DNA from: Octopus sinensis
Taxonomy: Eukaryota
Assembly (NCBI RefSeq): GCF_006345805.1
Contig: NC_043003.1
Coordinates: 117,180,001 to 117,244,000 of the forward strand
Direction of reading: 5' to 3'
Length of the DNA stretch: 64,000 bases
Positions 25,944-39,361 of the stretch are shown here, piece by piece; position 1 is the first letter of the stretch; each line of letters starts with the position of its first letter. The notes under the pieces are model-generated. The model was not told the origin of the DNA and searched no databases. It saw nothing but the letters and a program-made list of their open reading frames with translations. The position numbers and the translations under genes are program-made.

Positions 25944-26419
25944 AGAGAGAGAGAGAAAGAGACAGAGAGAGAAAGAGACAGAGACAGAGTGAGAAAGAGA
26001 GAGAGAAATAGAGAGAGAGAAAGAGACACAGAGAGAGAGAGAGAGAGAAAGAGAGAGAGTGTGTGTGAGATACATACTACATACAAATGTGATTGCATTC
26101 TCATATAGCGATACACAAATTCAAACACAGACAAACGCACAGTAATATATAAATACGTATACACACATGACTACATGCGCTTGTATTGTTTGTTAGATAT
26201 GCACAGATATAGGTTTATGTGTGTTAGAGCGCATGATGTTTGCACATACCTAAAGTGTTATGTAGTTAGTTTGTTAGATAGACGGACAGGTAGACCGGGC
26301 AATTCCCTATTCGTGCGGAACTTTAATCCCTGCTCACAAAACTTAAATTGCTTACGCTCCCCTCGAGAAACGGCTATGAGTATTTGCAACTGTTTCTTTT
26401 TCAAAGCTTAGTAAAATAA

Positions 26420-26645
26420 TGGTTACAACTTTCTGGCACAAGGGCAGTAATTTTGGGGTAGCTGCTAAGTCGATTACAACAACCCTAGTACTCAAGAGGT
26501 ACTTGTTTTATCGACGCTCAAAGACGAAAGGCAAAGTGGACATCGGTAGAATTTCAACTCAGCACATAACGACAAATGAATTGCAGAGAAGATTATTCCA
26601 CGCCCTCCACCGTATTTTAACCATTCTACCAGCACGCCGCCTTAA
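26420..26645 (-). mobile_element. Old diverged SINE family B copy
   Basis: gaaaggcaaagtggacatcggtagaatttcaactcag..gcacgccgcc. Confidence 0.65.
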
Positions 26646-27014
26646 TTGTAAGGGAAGTAAGGCATTCAGAATAAGGTAGAATAATTATTGTTATTCTACC
26701 TTACGGTTTTCCAATACTTTTCTTTTTTGTTGATCCAGTGACTGGAAACACTTGTATTGTTCCCAGGCGACGGTTAAAGACGTCTCCCCCCAGAGCTGCC
26801 ATGTATATGATGTACAATAAAGTATGTGCCAATTCTTCTTGATAAAAACCTTTGTGTGGCGGTAAAGTATATCAATATGAACTTCTGGCGAATCGAATTC
26901 TAGGGTGCAGTTTCACTTCCTCACACATGTATGCATACATACTAACACACACACACGCACACGTATGAATGTATGTATGTATGTATGTATGTATGTTTGT
27001 ATGTATGTAGTATG

Positions 27015-27094
<80 letters not shown>

Positions 27095-27192
27095 TAACGG
27101 GAAGCTTTATGAAAATAAACAAAAGACGAAGGCAGGTGGAAAACAAACGAACAATTGTATTAGTATGGCGCTCAGGAAATATAAATAAAACA

Positions 27193-27228
27193 CTTTAACG
27201 TTTCGAGCCTACGCTCTTCAACAGAAAG
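27193..27228 (-). ncRNA. Minimal hammerhead-like motif in the PLE tail
   Basis: CTTT-CTGTTGA-A-GAGC gtag GCTC-GAA-ACGT-T-AAAG. Confidence 0.55.
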
Positions 27229-27399
27229 ATACACAGAGAGAGAAAAACACAGAAAGAAGGAGAGAAAAAAAATGCGTGCAGTAGCTAACGAATCAACATG
27301 GCGATCTGATTTCGGCCAGAGGTCAAAGATCAAACATGAGACGCGAGAGCGAAATAAGGGGAGATAATAGGGTTGATAAACGGGTTGAGGGACCAGCTA

Positions 27400-27735
27400 A
27401 TAGTGCGTAGGAGGGGTCTGGATGTGTGTATGTATAGGGTTGGTGTATGTATTAGTATGTATAAGGGTGTGTGTGTGTGTGTGTGTATGAGAGAGTATTA
27501 GTGCGTAGGATTGGTCTGGACGTGCGTATGTATGGGGTTGGTGTATGTATTAGTATGTATTAGTATGTATTAGTACGTATTGGTATGTATAAGTGTGTGT
27601 GTGTGTGTATGAGAGAGTATAAGTGCGTATGCGGGGTCTGGACGTGTGTATGTATAGGGTTGGTGTATGTATTAGTATGTACTAGTATGTATTAGTACGT
27701 ATTAGTATGTATTAGTTGGTGTGTGTATTAGTATG
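27400..27735. repeat. Three ~100-120-bp tandem units inside the PLE 3' UTR
   Basis: agtgcgta..ggtctgga.gtg.gtatgtat.gggttggtgtatgtattagtatg repeated three times. Confidence 0.85.
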
Positions 27736-29053
27736 GCATCATATGATGTGATGTGTAAAGTCATGTGGTGTAGTGAGGAGAAGAGGGGGAGGGGGAGAAG
27801 AGGGAGGAGAGAAAGGGAGGAGAGGGGGAAGAGGAGAGGATGGGGGGGAGGGGGATGAAGGAGGAAAGAGGAGAGGGGGAGAGAGAAGGGGAGAGAGGGA
27901 GTGAGGGAGCAGAGGGAGGGGAAGAGGGAGGGAGAAAGAGGGAAGAAGGGAAGGGGAGTAGGGGTGAAAGGATGAAGGACTGAGGAAGTAGGGGTCGGGG
28001 GGAAAGGATAGATGAGGAGGGGGGTTAGATGAGGAGGGGGGAGAGTTGAGACCAAATGGCGTATAAGAGCGAAGAGAGAAGATTAATTCCTGTTCACGGC
28101 GCAAACGGGAATCCGGATAGCCTCTGTGTAAGGACAAACCGAACACAGATAGGTGTTGCAAGGAGTGACCGGTGGAGCGGAAATGGCGTGAGACCGGTGT
28201 GTCGTTCGCAAGGTGGATGTCACGAAGGTGTTCCGCGAACCGGTCAGCCAAGCGGCGTCCCGTTTGTCCGATGTACAAGGAATTGCAGAGAGAGCAAGAA
28301 ATGCAATAGATAATATTGCTGGAGGTGCAGGTGAAGGAGTGGATGATGGGATAGGGTCGATGGTGGGTGCTAGTGAGGCGGGTGGTGTTGGAGAGGTAAG
28401 GGCAAGTGCGGCAACGTGGGCGGGAGCAGGAGGAACGAGCCGGGTTGGGAGGTAGTGTCAGGGAAGGAGCTATGGACCAAAAGGTCTCGAAGGTTGTGGG
28501 CTCGTTTGAAAGAGGGGAGGGGTCGGTTAGGGAAGAGGTGTGAAGTGGACGGGTCGGACTGGAGATGACGGAAAGCTCGAAGAATGGTGCGTTGGAGACG
28601 TAGGGTCGTGGGGTGGTAAGTGAGGGGAAAAGGGAGGCGGGAGACTACAGGGCGGGTTCGGAGAGAGAGCAGATACACACGGTCCACGGACCGTGCTCTG
28701 GCAAGGGCGGTGTGGATAGTGGTGAGGGGGTATCCACGTAGGGTAAAGTGGTGAGCCATACGTTGAGACTGAGTCTCAAGTCATGGTCGTCACTACAGAG
28801 CCTACGTAGACGGAGGAATTGGGATAGGGGATGGAAAGCTTGGTGTGTTCTGGGTGGGAGGAAGAGAAGTTGAGGTATGAGTGTGAGTCTGTGTGTTTGT
28901 AGTGATGGAGGTGGTAAGAGTGGAGTGAAGAATGCTAACCGAAATGTCGAGGAAGGAGACAGAGGTGTTGGAGATAGTGGAAGTGAAGTGGAGGGCTGTG
29001 GAAAGATTGACGAAAGAGAGGAAGGAATCTAGATGTTTCGGGGAGTGAGGTGG

Positions 29054-29102
<49 letters not shown>

Positions 29103-29767
29103 TATATATCATATATATATATATATATAATTAGAGTATGTCTATCAAACTTGAAGCAGATACATCGTTGAAAGCCTAATAAACTGCGGTACTTGTCACA
29201 AGATCGCATCTCTTATAGACGTACAGTGTTAAAAATACAGAAATGTCTCAATAGCAGACCAAAATCGTTGAGCAATGGTGGTACCATTGCTAAATGCGTA
29301 TTTCTGCGTCCTTCAGCTTCGTCCGTAGCAAGTATCAACTGACATCTGAATGCTAAGATAAAATCAGCCGCTAGGAAAACAATGACTGAAAAGTGTCCGA
29401 TCTTGCAATTAGCAGGCGGGCTGAATAAAAATTCTTTATGAGCAAGAGAAGCAGTATTAATTCAAAACAGAAATCTTTGTGTCGTATACAAAGCAGATCC
29501 ATCGTTAAAAGTAGGATAACTGCGTTATTCGTCTCGACACAATATTTTTTATTGACGGATGATGTTAAAACATACAGAAATACGAAGCTCGCAGTCGAAA
29601 TTCGTCCAGCAACGGTGGTGTCATTGCTAAATATGCATTTGTTCCTCTCTAACAAAAGATATTATTTGATAGCTTTCATTGTAATATGTTCTATAGACAT
29701 GTGCACACCATTATTAGAACTTAAACCAGTCAAGCTACATTAGACTGATTAAAATATATATATATAT

Positions 29768-30462
29768 TAGAAATATTAAAATTACTAAGTCTCTCTAAAG
29801 GAGATTACGGCAGCGTTACTGGATATTAATAGTTATCGCCATACTAATATGGCAGTCTAAATATAAGACTAAAGCTGTCGCTGATTAGCTCCAAGAGACC
29901 ACCGCCTCTAGCTAGCTATATGACACACGAACCTGCGTCCATTACAACCTTCGAACAGGGGAGGTCAGCCGCTTCACCTTGCTAGTCAGACATCTGCAGA
30001 CATGTTTCAGGGTTGTTGCCCTTTATCAATGCAGCGTAGTCAGAACCAGCAGGTGTCGCTACTGACCGTCTTGTTCGAAGATTTTATTTACCTAGTTACA
30101 GTGGAATACATCCACTTGTTTTCAATAATAGAAATATTAAAATTACTAAGTCTCTCTAAAGGAGATTACGGCAGCGTTACTGGAAATTAATAGTTATCGC
30201 CATACTAATATGGCAGTCTAAATATAAGACTAAAGCTGTCGCTGATTAGCTCCAAGAGGCCACTGATAAAGGGCAACAACCCTGAAACATGTCTGCAGAT
30301 GTCTGACTAGCAAGGTGAAGCGGCTGACCTCCCCTGTTCGAAGGTTGTAATGAACGCAGGTTCGTGTGTCATATAGCTAGCTGGAGGCGGTGGCCTCTTG
30401 GAGCTAATCAGCGACAGCTTTAGTCTTATATTTAGACTGCCATATTAGTATGGTGATAACTA
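29768..30462 (-). mobile_element. Hammerhead-bearing 361-bp partial tandem repeat with an inverted 199-bp segment, in (AT)n
   Basis: tagaaatattaaaattactaag at 29768 and 30129. 30264-30462 is the reverse complement of ~29830-30028. Confidence 0.8.
29994..30034 (-). ncRNA. Minimal type-I hammerhead ribozyme, U3-A8 core variant
   Basis: CTGCA-TTGATAA-AGGG caacaa CCCT-GAA-ACATGT-C-TGCAG: 5-bp stem I, 4-bp stem II, palindromic stem III, GUC site. Confidence 0.8.
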
Positions 30463-30501
<39 letters not shown>

Positions 30502-30659
30502 TACCTGAAATTCTGTATTGACTCGAATGGAAAAATGTCACTAAAGAAGGACTTAAGTTTGAACAATTTTCATGATGTTTCGTATTTAGATGCTTTTATT
30601 AAATTCATTCAATTGTTAAACATAAATAAATCTTCGAATCAGATGATTTTGGCCAACCC

Positions 30660-30705
<46 letters not shown>

Positions 30706-30734
30706 TGTGTGTGTGGGTGTATCCCACGTACTAG

Positions 30735-30887
30735 TTTTTGTTTCTCTCTGCCAAATCCACTCACCGTACTTTAGTCGTCCCGAGGGTAATTGTAGGAGAC
30801 ACATGCGCACAATGCCATGCAGTGGAACTGAACCGGGAACCGTCAGGTCGCGATACAAACTTCTTACAGCACATTCGCGCCTGCGAT
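30735..30887 (-). mobile_element. Diverged SINE family A 5' half
   Basis: ccaaatccactcac..gcagtggaactgaacc..gcgcctgcg. Confidence 0.7.
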
Positions 30888-31358
30888 TTTGAAATTTCTT
30901 TGAATGGACGTCTGGACGACCTGAGGAAGGTGAACAGAATATATATTAATGTGCTGAAGGACACAGTTGCACGGTTTCAGTTGCACAACCCGTAACATTA
31001 TAAGTTAAAATAGCTCAACCCTTCCCCAAAAATCCTATTTTCTGAACCCATCCTGCCTACGACCATGCTAACTCTCCGCCTCCTTCTTCTCTTCCTCTTT
31101 CTTCACATCTTCCATCATCTTTCTCTTCTCTTTCTTCTGCTTCTTTCTACTTCTTTCTTTTCCTTTTTCCTCCTTCTCATTCTTCTTCTTCTGCTCCTTC
31201 TATTTCGTCTGTTTTTTTCATTCATTTTTCTACTGCTTCCTCCTGCTTTACATCACCTTCGTCCTTTTGCCTTCTTCTTTTTCTTCTCTTTCTTCTTTCT
31301 TCTTCTCTCTTTTCTTCTTCCTTCCTCTTCTTCTTCTTCTCTTCTTCTCTTTCTTCTT

Positions 31359-31458
31359 NNNNNNNNNNNNNNNNNNNNNNNNNNNNNNNNNNNNNNNNNN
31401 NNNNNNNNNNNNNNNNNNNNNNNNNNNNNNNNNNNNNNNNNNNNNNNNNNNNNNNNNN
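31359..31458. other. Assembly gap (100 N) between (CTT)-rich and (AGT/AGC)n tracts
   Basis: Run of N. Confidence 0.99.
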
Positions 31459-31522
31459 AGTAGTAGTGAGTAGTAGTAGTAGTAGTAGTGGCGCCGACAG
31501 CAGTAGTAGTAGTAGTAGTAGT

Positions 31523-31580
<58 letters not shown>

Positions 31581-32633
31581 TCTGCATTGTTATTACCAGT
31601 GCGGCGTTATATATTTACAAGGTGGTTATAACTCGCCGCTATCGTCTTCCCGTCTTCCGGCTCTGCAAAATACGTATCAATCATTTGGTAAAGTTGATTG
31701 CATCTATTCTATCCCTGAACCAATAAATATTTGCCTTGTGCTAATATTAAAAATTAATTATTATTTTAGTTGTTGTTTTTGTTGTGGTGGTGGTCTTTGT
31801 TCTTGGTTTGAGGGAGATTAAAATTCCTGCGCTTTGATTTGAATGGATTGTTATGACTTTTGCAAACTGTTGTGTAAAATGATTGTATTTAATAAATTAA
31901 ATTATGGTCAGGAAAATTAATATTTATGACAAAATACAACAAATGCGGATGGAAGTTTGGGGAGCGAAGGCTTGCAAGGAATTTAAGGATATTAACAAAA
32001 GAACGAAATAGAATTGTAGGGGAATATTTTCAGAGAGAGGGATCAGAGAGCTGGCGGGGGCGAAGTGGGGTTGAGATGAAAGACGGAGAAGACAGGTGAC
32101 AAGGAATGAGATAGTGAAAGGGGAGACAAAACAATGGTGAGGAAACCACTTCCGGCGGAAGCATAGATAGAGAGTAGGTATAGAAAGGGAGACGAGAATA
32201 TTAGAGCAATTGGTTTACAGAGAGATAGAGAGAGGAGGGGGGAGAGTCGGCGATGGCTATAAAAAGAGTGAACCACCAAAACGTATGAAGAATGGTGGAA
32301 TGTAAAATAAAGTTGTAAGGAAGATGGGAATTGAAACGTTATAAGGGATGGAGATAAATTAAATGATGTAGTGAAAATAGAAGAGGCGATGAAGTTAAGA
32401 GAGAAAAGACAAACATCCAGATAAACTGGAGTGGAGGAACGAGGGAGAAATCTAAGGGAAGTAATCGGCAAAATGAGGGAGATAGTTCGGGCATGCGACA
32501 AGGAAATGCATGTTCGTTCGTTTATACGCATATGTATGTTTGTATGAATGTATGTAGTACGTAAGTATGGATGGATGGTTGAATGGGGATAGACAGATAG
32601 ACAGGCAGACAGACAGATTGCTAGCTAGCTAGC

Positions 32634-32677
<44 letters not shown>

Positions 32678-32680
32678 GAT

Positions 32681-32723
<43 letters not shown>

Positions 32724-32747
32724 GATAGATAGATAGATAGATAGATA

Positions 32748-33038
32748 AGTTTCTTTATTGGCCACACAGGGCTGCACACAGATGGGACAAATTACAAGGT
32801 AGAGCTTTTCTTTGGGGGATGAAAAACAAAAAAAAAAAAGGTGCGTAGGTTTTCGATCAAAAGGGATCGTAAAAGGGAAAAATAACAAAACAAAAAAGAA
32901 AAAAAAAAAGGAAAGGAAAAAAAGAAAAGAAAAATGAATAAGAATAAAAATATGAAAAAAAGGGGAAGAGGAAAAAAAACGATCAATGCGTTCTAGTTGG
33001 TGATGAAGGGTCGGACAAGGTATGGCGGTCAGGCGGTA
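32748..33038 (-). mobile_element. 5'-truncated LINE-like 3' tail embedded in (GATA)n
   Basis: Ends CCCTGTGTGGCCAATAAAG abutting (TATC)n; the same end recurs at 58111-58133. A Tx1/L1 assignment is inference. Confidence 0.55.
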
Positions 33039-33140
33039 ATAGATAGATAGATAGATAGATAGATAGTAGATAGATAGATAGATAGATATAGTATATAGAT
33101 AGATAGATAGATAGATAGATTAGATAGGTAGGTAGGTAGG

Positions 33141-33245
<105 letters not shown>

Positions 33246-33620
33246 TAATGTAGGACAGAGACAGCAAAATCATTAGCAATCGAATAGTATTATTAAACTG
33301 ATCGTGTTAAATGTGAATAAATTTTTGAAATGTAAAAAAAAACCCAGCCAAATGGTCATAAATTTATTAATAAACAATATTTTAATTATTGAAATAGAAA
33401 ACAATCTTGAGTTTTATGAATTAATGATTAGTGTTCATACATGAACATATAATCGATAGCGGAAACGAATAAATAATTGAACGCAGAAAAAAACATTTCT
33501 GAATTTCTACGTCAAAGATGTGTTGTGTTTTTATTATAAAGGAAGTGACGACAAATTTTTCATCTCATGTATTTTCATCTGATGTTTAATTGTATGATAA
33601 AACAAATAATAATAATAATA

Positions 33621-33695
<75 letters not shown>

Positions 33696-33697
<2 letters not shown>

Positions 33698-33900
33698 GCC
33701 CGGATGCAGTTCTAGGCACTGGTTCTCTTGGTTTCTGATCTTAACTGATCGGAAACCCCAAAATGGCAGATATTCTGAAGATAGTACTCACGGGAACTAC
33801 ACATATCCTACGTAAAATACTGTCTATGTAATCTCAAATTTAAGAAAAATCTCATAATTTTCTTATGCTTTCTTAAACATTCTCTAGACCAACACATAGG
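33696..33900 (+). mobile_element. R4/Dong-type non-LTR element C-terminal remnant next to (AAT)n
   Basis: MADILKIVLTGTTHILRKILSM* resembles the R4/Dong terminal LQK.ALLGTAHILRKVL motif; (AAT)n at 33604-33695. Confidence 0.55.
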
Positions 33901-34005
<105 letters not shown>

Positions 34006-34249
34006 TTATATTGTGTAGAATGCGTACACTATAGACTATAGAAAACGTTTACTACTGCCGGTTAATTCAGTTTAACCAGGACCTAACCAGGCATTATATG
34101 ATGTGTTGTGATGGGTCCATATCAAATATTGGGTAACATGTTCTGTTGCTGAATTTATAAAATATGTCAGCTGTTTCTGCTTAAAATACTACTATTTTTA
34201 TAGCACGGGCTTTCTAGTTATATGATAAATTGTTTCTAATATTGTTTTC

Positions 34250-34455
34250 TACTTTAGGCATAAGGCCCGAAATTTTAGGGAAGGGGGCCAGTCGATTAGC
34301 TCGACCCCAGTACACAACTGGTACTTAATTTATCGACCCCGAAACGATGAAAGGCAAAATTGACCTCGGCAAAGTTAACCAGAACGTAAAGACAGGCGAA
34401 ATACCGCTAAGTATTTCACCCGGCCTGCTAACGTTTCGGCCAGCTCGCTGCCTTA
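34250..34455 (-). mobile_element. Diverged SINE family B copy
   Basis: cgaccccag..tttatcgaccccga..gaaataccgctaag..gccagctcgctgcc. Confidence 0.75.
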
Positions 34456-34899
34456 CATATTGTTTCTAATATTGGAACAAATCTTCAAATATAGAGGAAA
34501 TCGCAGCTATTCCGTGGCTGGTACATTACCGACCCCAGAGAGATGAAGTCGGTGCGATTTAAACACAAGATATAAAGAGTCGAAACAACGAAGCGATTCT
34601 GCCAAACCCCGACGTACAAGAATTCTCTGATAAAGGCACAAGTCCAAGTTTCCCCTTTTTTCGAAGGCTGTCAAGTCCATTAAATCAACCCGGGTAGCTG
34701 ATTAATTCTTCATGTTATCGAAATATAGGCTGTTGATTTATTCGTCTAGATGGGCGCCAAACTTTGGCTAGTACCTGGTTTTATAGATCCCCAGAGGATG
34801 AAATGTAAGGTTGGCTTCGATAGGATTTGAACTGACAACATAGAGATCAAACGCAAATAACGCTAGGTGTATTTTCTTGATGAAGAGGCAAATAGGCCT

Positions 34900-35159
34900 G
34901 TTTCTGCCATTATAAGGGAAGGGCGCTTGCGCTTTGCGGGTTATTGCTGGCGAGCTAAACAGGAACTAGTAAGTAACCTACGGCTATGAATGCCGGAGCA
35001 TGGCCGTGCTCGAGTAGATGATCTGAGCACAAAGTATGCAGATCAATTCAAAAGAGACACTGGATGCCTCCCAAAAGACCACCCTCGACTGATGTAGGAC
35101 CGAGATAGATGTCGTGAGCGGATTAGAATTGTCCGAACAAGCTAGACCAGACGATGATG
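34900..35159 (+). mobile_element. RTE-X-type LINE 3' end
   Basis: VSAIIREGRLRFAGYCWRAKQELVSNL.L*MPEHG..KYADQFKRDTG..M*DRDRCRERI, then a (GAT)n tail. Confidence 0.75.
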
Positions 35160-35369
35160 CAATTTCCTTCTCTTAAATGTCGTTTATGGCACACGAAAAC
35201 ATATTATAGGTCCATTCACTCGGCCCTTTCTGCATCTCTCATTCACGTTTCAAAATTTTCTCACATGAAATCTCTTGTGGTATGCAGTGGGAGTGTTATC
35301 CTTGCTGCTGGCTAAAGCCATGTTATAAAGCAGGATCGTTCGGTCAGAAATTTATTTTTCCGTGAATAC

Positions 35370-35667
35370 GTTGGGTAATCCACTGCACAGGCCAGACTCG
35401 CGGTCGAGGGATCGCGGGTTCGAATCTCAGACCGGGCGATGTGTGTGTTTATGAGCGAAACACCTAAGCTCCAAGCGGCTCCTGCAGAAGGAAATGGCGA
35501 AATTTCTGCTGACTCTTTCGCCACAACTTTCTCTCACTTTTTCCTCCTGCATCTTGCAGCTCACCTGCGACGGACCGGCGTCCCCTCCAGGTGGGGAACC
35601 CATACGCCAAGAAACTGGGAAACCGGCCCTTATGAGTCAGGCATGGCTCGAGAAGGAACAAACAACA
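35370..35667 (+). mobile_element. tRNA-derived SINE family D
   Basis: GACTCGCGGTCGAGGGATCGCGGGTTCGAATCTCAGACCGGGCG head; ctctttcgccacaactttctctcac body. Confidence 0.8.
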
Positions 35668-35955
35668 TATAGGTCGACGATATTTTCCAACACCCCATCT
35701 ATATTCATCAATAAAAATTGATTTTACGAAAAATCAATAAGTGATAACTTATTCAACGACAGACGGTTACGTCTTCATTCATCAGTGGTATAATGTCGCA
35801 CTTGCATTTTACGTGTGTTCGTGGAACTTTAAATGGTGACCTACAAGTGAATCGTATCAGAATAAACTCTACACAAAGTAGAGTGTTCTTTCCTTTTGTT
35901 TGTACACTCTTACGCACACATATATACATTCGTATACATATATATACGAACAAAT

Positions 35956-36359
35956 AGGCGTGTGGTAAGTAGCCTGTTTACCAACCACATGGTTCGGGTT
36001 CAGTCCCACTGCGTGGAACGTTGGGCAAGTGTCTTCTGCTATAGCCTCGGGCCGACCAAAGCATTGTGAGTGGATTTGGTAGATGGAAAATGAACGAAGC
36101 CCGTCGTATATATGCATATATATATATGCGTGTGTGTGTTTGTGTGTCTGTGTTTGTCCCCCTAGCATTGCTTGAGAACCGATGCTGGTGTGTTTATGTC
36201 CCCGTCACTTAGCGGTTCGGCAAAAGAGACCGATAGAATAAGTACTGGGCTTACAAAAGAATAAGTCCCGGGGTCGAGTTGCTCGATTAAAGGCGGTGCT
36301 CCAGCATGGCCGCAGTCAAATGACTGAAACAAGTAAAAGAGTAAAAAAGTAAAAGAGTA
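35956..36359 (+). mobile_element. SINE family A
   Basis: Match to family A. Confidence 0.9.
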
Positions 36360-39300
36360 TACACATTTACATACACATGTATATATGAGTGTGCGTGTGT
36401 GCTCGTGTGTATGTGTGTGTATTGGTATGTGTGTCTGTGTGTGTGCCTTATTTTCAAATCGAGTTCTGTATTTTTTTTTTTTTTTTGTATTTTTCACCAA
36501 TTAATTAATTGCATTTCTGAAGTGCTGATAATTTTAATAAATGCTTCTGGGAATTGTCAATTCTGCTCACCACAGACATCTACTAAAACTGATTTATAGA
36601 CTCTCTGATTATGGCTTTGATGTCGCCCTGTACACTTGATATAGCCTATCAGTCACTTAATTCAATATTTAAACGCATGCGCACTATTAGCTTCCAAGAA
36701 AGATGCTTATTACTTAGTGTTATTCAACGACTTTATTTGCTGTCATTTCCATTGCTTCAAGCGATTCTCTGTATTACTAAATGTTATATGTTGTCAAATT
36801 ACTGATGTGATAAAACGATAATGAATTACAAATTCACATCGTTTCTTCGGTAGGTGTTATTTTATTTATTTCCTTTTTTTTTTCTTATTGCAAAGTGAAA
36901 TACGTAAATGAAATAGTAGGATGGAAACGCCTGGAGGGTGATGTTCTGCTTGAAATATCTGATAGAGATATTAAAATTTATCATTCAAATCCATCGAATT
37001 ATGTCTGCTTCGATAGCTTTGAGATACACAACAAGTCAACTTGGTCGTTTACTTCTCTGCAACTACGTGACTATTCTCTATAGAAAGGACAATCGAAGTA
37101 CAATACTTTCTTGCAATGCGTTTATCGCGGTGATTTCATTGCGAATAGCACATTATTGATTCAAAAGAGAAAGTAATTCTTCTAGCCGAAACTTTTAAAT
37201 CTCACCTTTTCTATGTATTTGTCGTCGGAAAGTGAAGAAATCGTGTCAAAAATCAGATTAGAACTTGTATTATCGGTGCTGATGTATCATACGTTCCGGT
37301 TTTACAGAGTCTTTGAATACGATATTAGAAGCCTTTGGGAATTGTAACGCTTCGGGCGTTTGAAACAAGGTTGAACCATTTTCTTAAATCACAGAGTCAC
37401 AAGCGAAGATTCTCAACTCCGATCTTTCTAGCCTTAAGAAGTTGAGAAATAAATAACGCTGAATAAGATACCATGTAACATAGTTAAATTCAGAGAAAAA
37501 GATTGGGACAATTTGTTGTTTTTTTTTATCTCAGTACAGTAAAATGACTAAATGTACAATTGCTTTGGTGCACAGCAAGAAGTCATTCGGGAACCGATGG
37601 ATGCGATACCTTATCCATGAATTCATTTCTGATTGTTCTGCCAGGTCTGTCGATGTCGTCATAACAAGGAATCGAGTTTGGTTTAATTAATCATGAAAAT
37701 ACTAGCAGAACTATTTGCCTCTAAACTGCGCGGCGTTGAAGTATCTACTGAAAGAGTTAAATCAGAGTAACTTCGAAACATGCATTACGGGAAATACCAT
37801 CAAATACACAATCAAGGACTATGGGAACGAATATTCCAATCTGATGTCAGAGCCCTTCGATCGGGCATTGAGTTGCTGTAAATAGCAGACACATCAGTGT
37901 ACAATGTATTCTTCAATATGAAAAAAATAACAGGAAAATATAGTCTTAAACATACCGCAGCAAAGAAATTATTGTCATGGCAAAGATGTTTATTTGTTGA
38001 GAATTCGATCTGGAGATAAATAACAATCTAAACGGATCCTAAACGTCAACAGAATTCCGCAGTAACAAGCAACACTATAGCTACCAAACCCCTTGCTTCT
38101 ACTGCGGAACTCAACATCGCCTTCAACGATAAGATTGCTAGCGTCAGAAAATATAGTGGGGAGGAGGAGGACTGCTTCATTTGGGGGTAGGGAAATGGTA
38201 ACAGATCGATTGGTGGAACAATTGTAAAAACAAAACAAAGTGTAAAGTGGATGATACGTGAGGAAGCAAAGTTGAAACGTCATTTGAGAGGAGACTTCCA
38301 CTTTTCTATCGATGAAATATTTTGATAAAGGCACAATGACAAACTGGTGAATAGGAACGAAACTTTGATGGACAGAATGTCAGGAATATAGGCAAATGAA
38401 AAACAAATGCTATGAAGAACTTCGTAACGAAGCAGATCGTCCCTAGAGACAGGTAATATGGAATAGCTATTTATGTCGGTAGAAAGGAGAAGGTCGAGAT
38501 GTCAGATATGTGGAGCCAAGAACCATCTAAAGTCTGCCTACAGCAAAAGGCAAAACAAGAAATGTGAGCAGATTTGCTAACTCAATAACAACATGAACAA
38601 CGACTATAATAACGGCAAGAGGAGCAAAGTAGCAGCAGAAACAGTAGATGCAACATCAACATCAATACCAGATTTTAAAGCTTCAAGACATTCGCTGTCA
38701 CTTCGTGTAGAAAGACACGTTGCATGGAATATGAAGCTAAACATTCTGCTTGTCTCCTTCGTGTATCACTTTTAAAACACCACTTCCCAGGGTTTTATAG
38801 TAAATCTAATGTGTGATCAAGTGTCCAAATAAAGTTTGGATGAATACAAGGTATTTCCAACATAATATTGCATATTTTGTTATCCTGCTGCAGTAAGGTA
38901 CATTTCCGGCCATAATATTTCCAACGAAGACTTGGTGCTTTGAAACAGGGACCGTGCTGCCCAGTGAATTCATCTGATGCTTGTGATAATCAGGAAAAAT
39001 AAAATATGTTCATGCACAAATATTTATACGTCTATATGGATATTTTTTTATTTTATTCACCTTACTTCGAGCCTGTGCGGATAAAACCGGATTGATTTGG
39101 TGCATAATATTAAGTACCCAATCCAACTGAATCTCAATTATTTTCTTATTATATATATATATATATATATATATTTAATTATAATAAAGGGTTAAAAGCA
39201 ACAAGATGCTCAAAACCACATACCGAAAATATAGAAATAGCAGCCAAATTGGTCAGTATTTCCTCTACTAGTAAAAAGTCTCCACAAACAAACAGAATTT

Positions 39301-39361
39301 GTAAGCTGTATATGGCAAAAGAAAAATAAGAAAACAAAAACCAACCCAGCCTCTGGATTAA

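Larger units (their letters stand above)
27095..29058 (-). mobile_element. 5'-truncated Penelope-like element (Neptune-like): RT thumb, linker, GIY-YIG endonuclease, 3' UTR/pLTR
   Basis: FLDISVSI and TDSHSY-type thumb; RGYP..linker..FKRAHNLRDLLVHS; CSRPRCRTCP; SNIIYCISCSLC..YIGQTGRRLADRFAEH..REQELIFSL..GLN. Frameshifted; flanked by (AT)n on both sides. Confidence 0.92.

Noticed and set aside
37200-38500. Possible decayed LTR-retrotransposon gag with CFYCGTQH knuckle at ~38094
   Set aside because: Spacing is non-canonical with an in-frame stop, and I found no convincing protease, RT or LTR.
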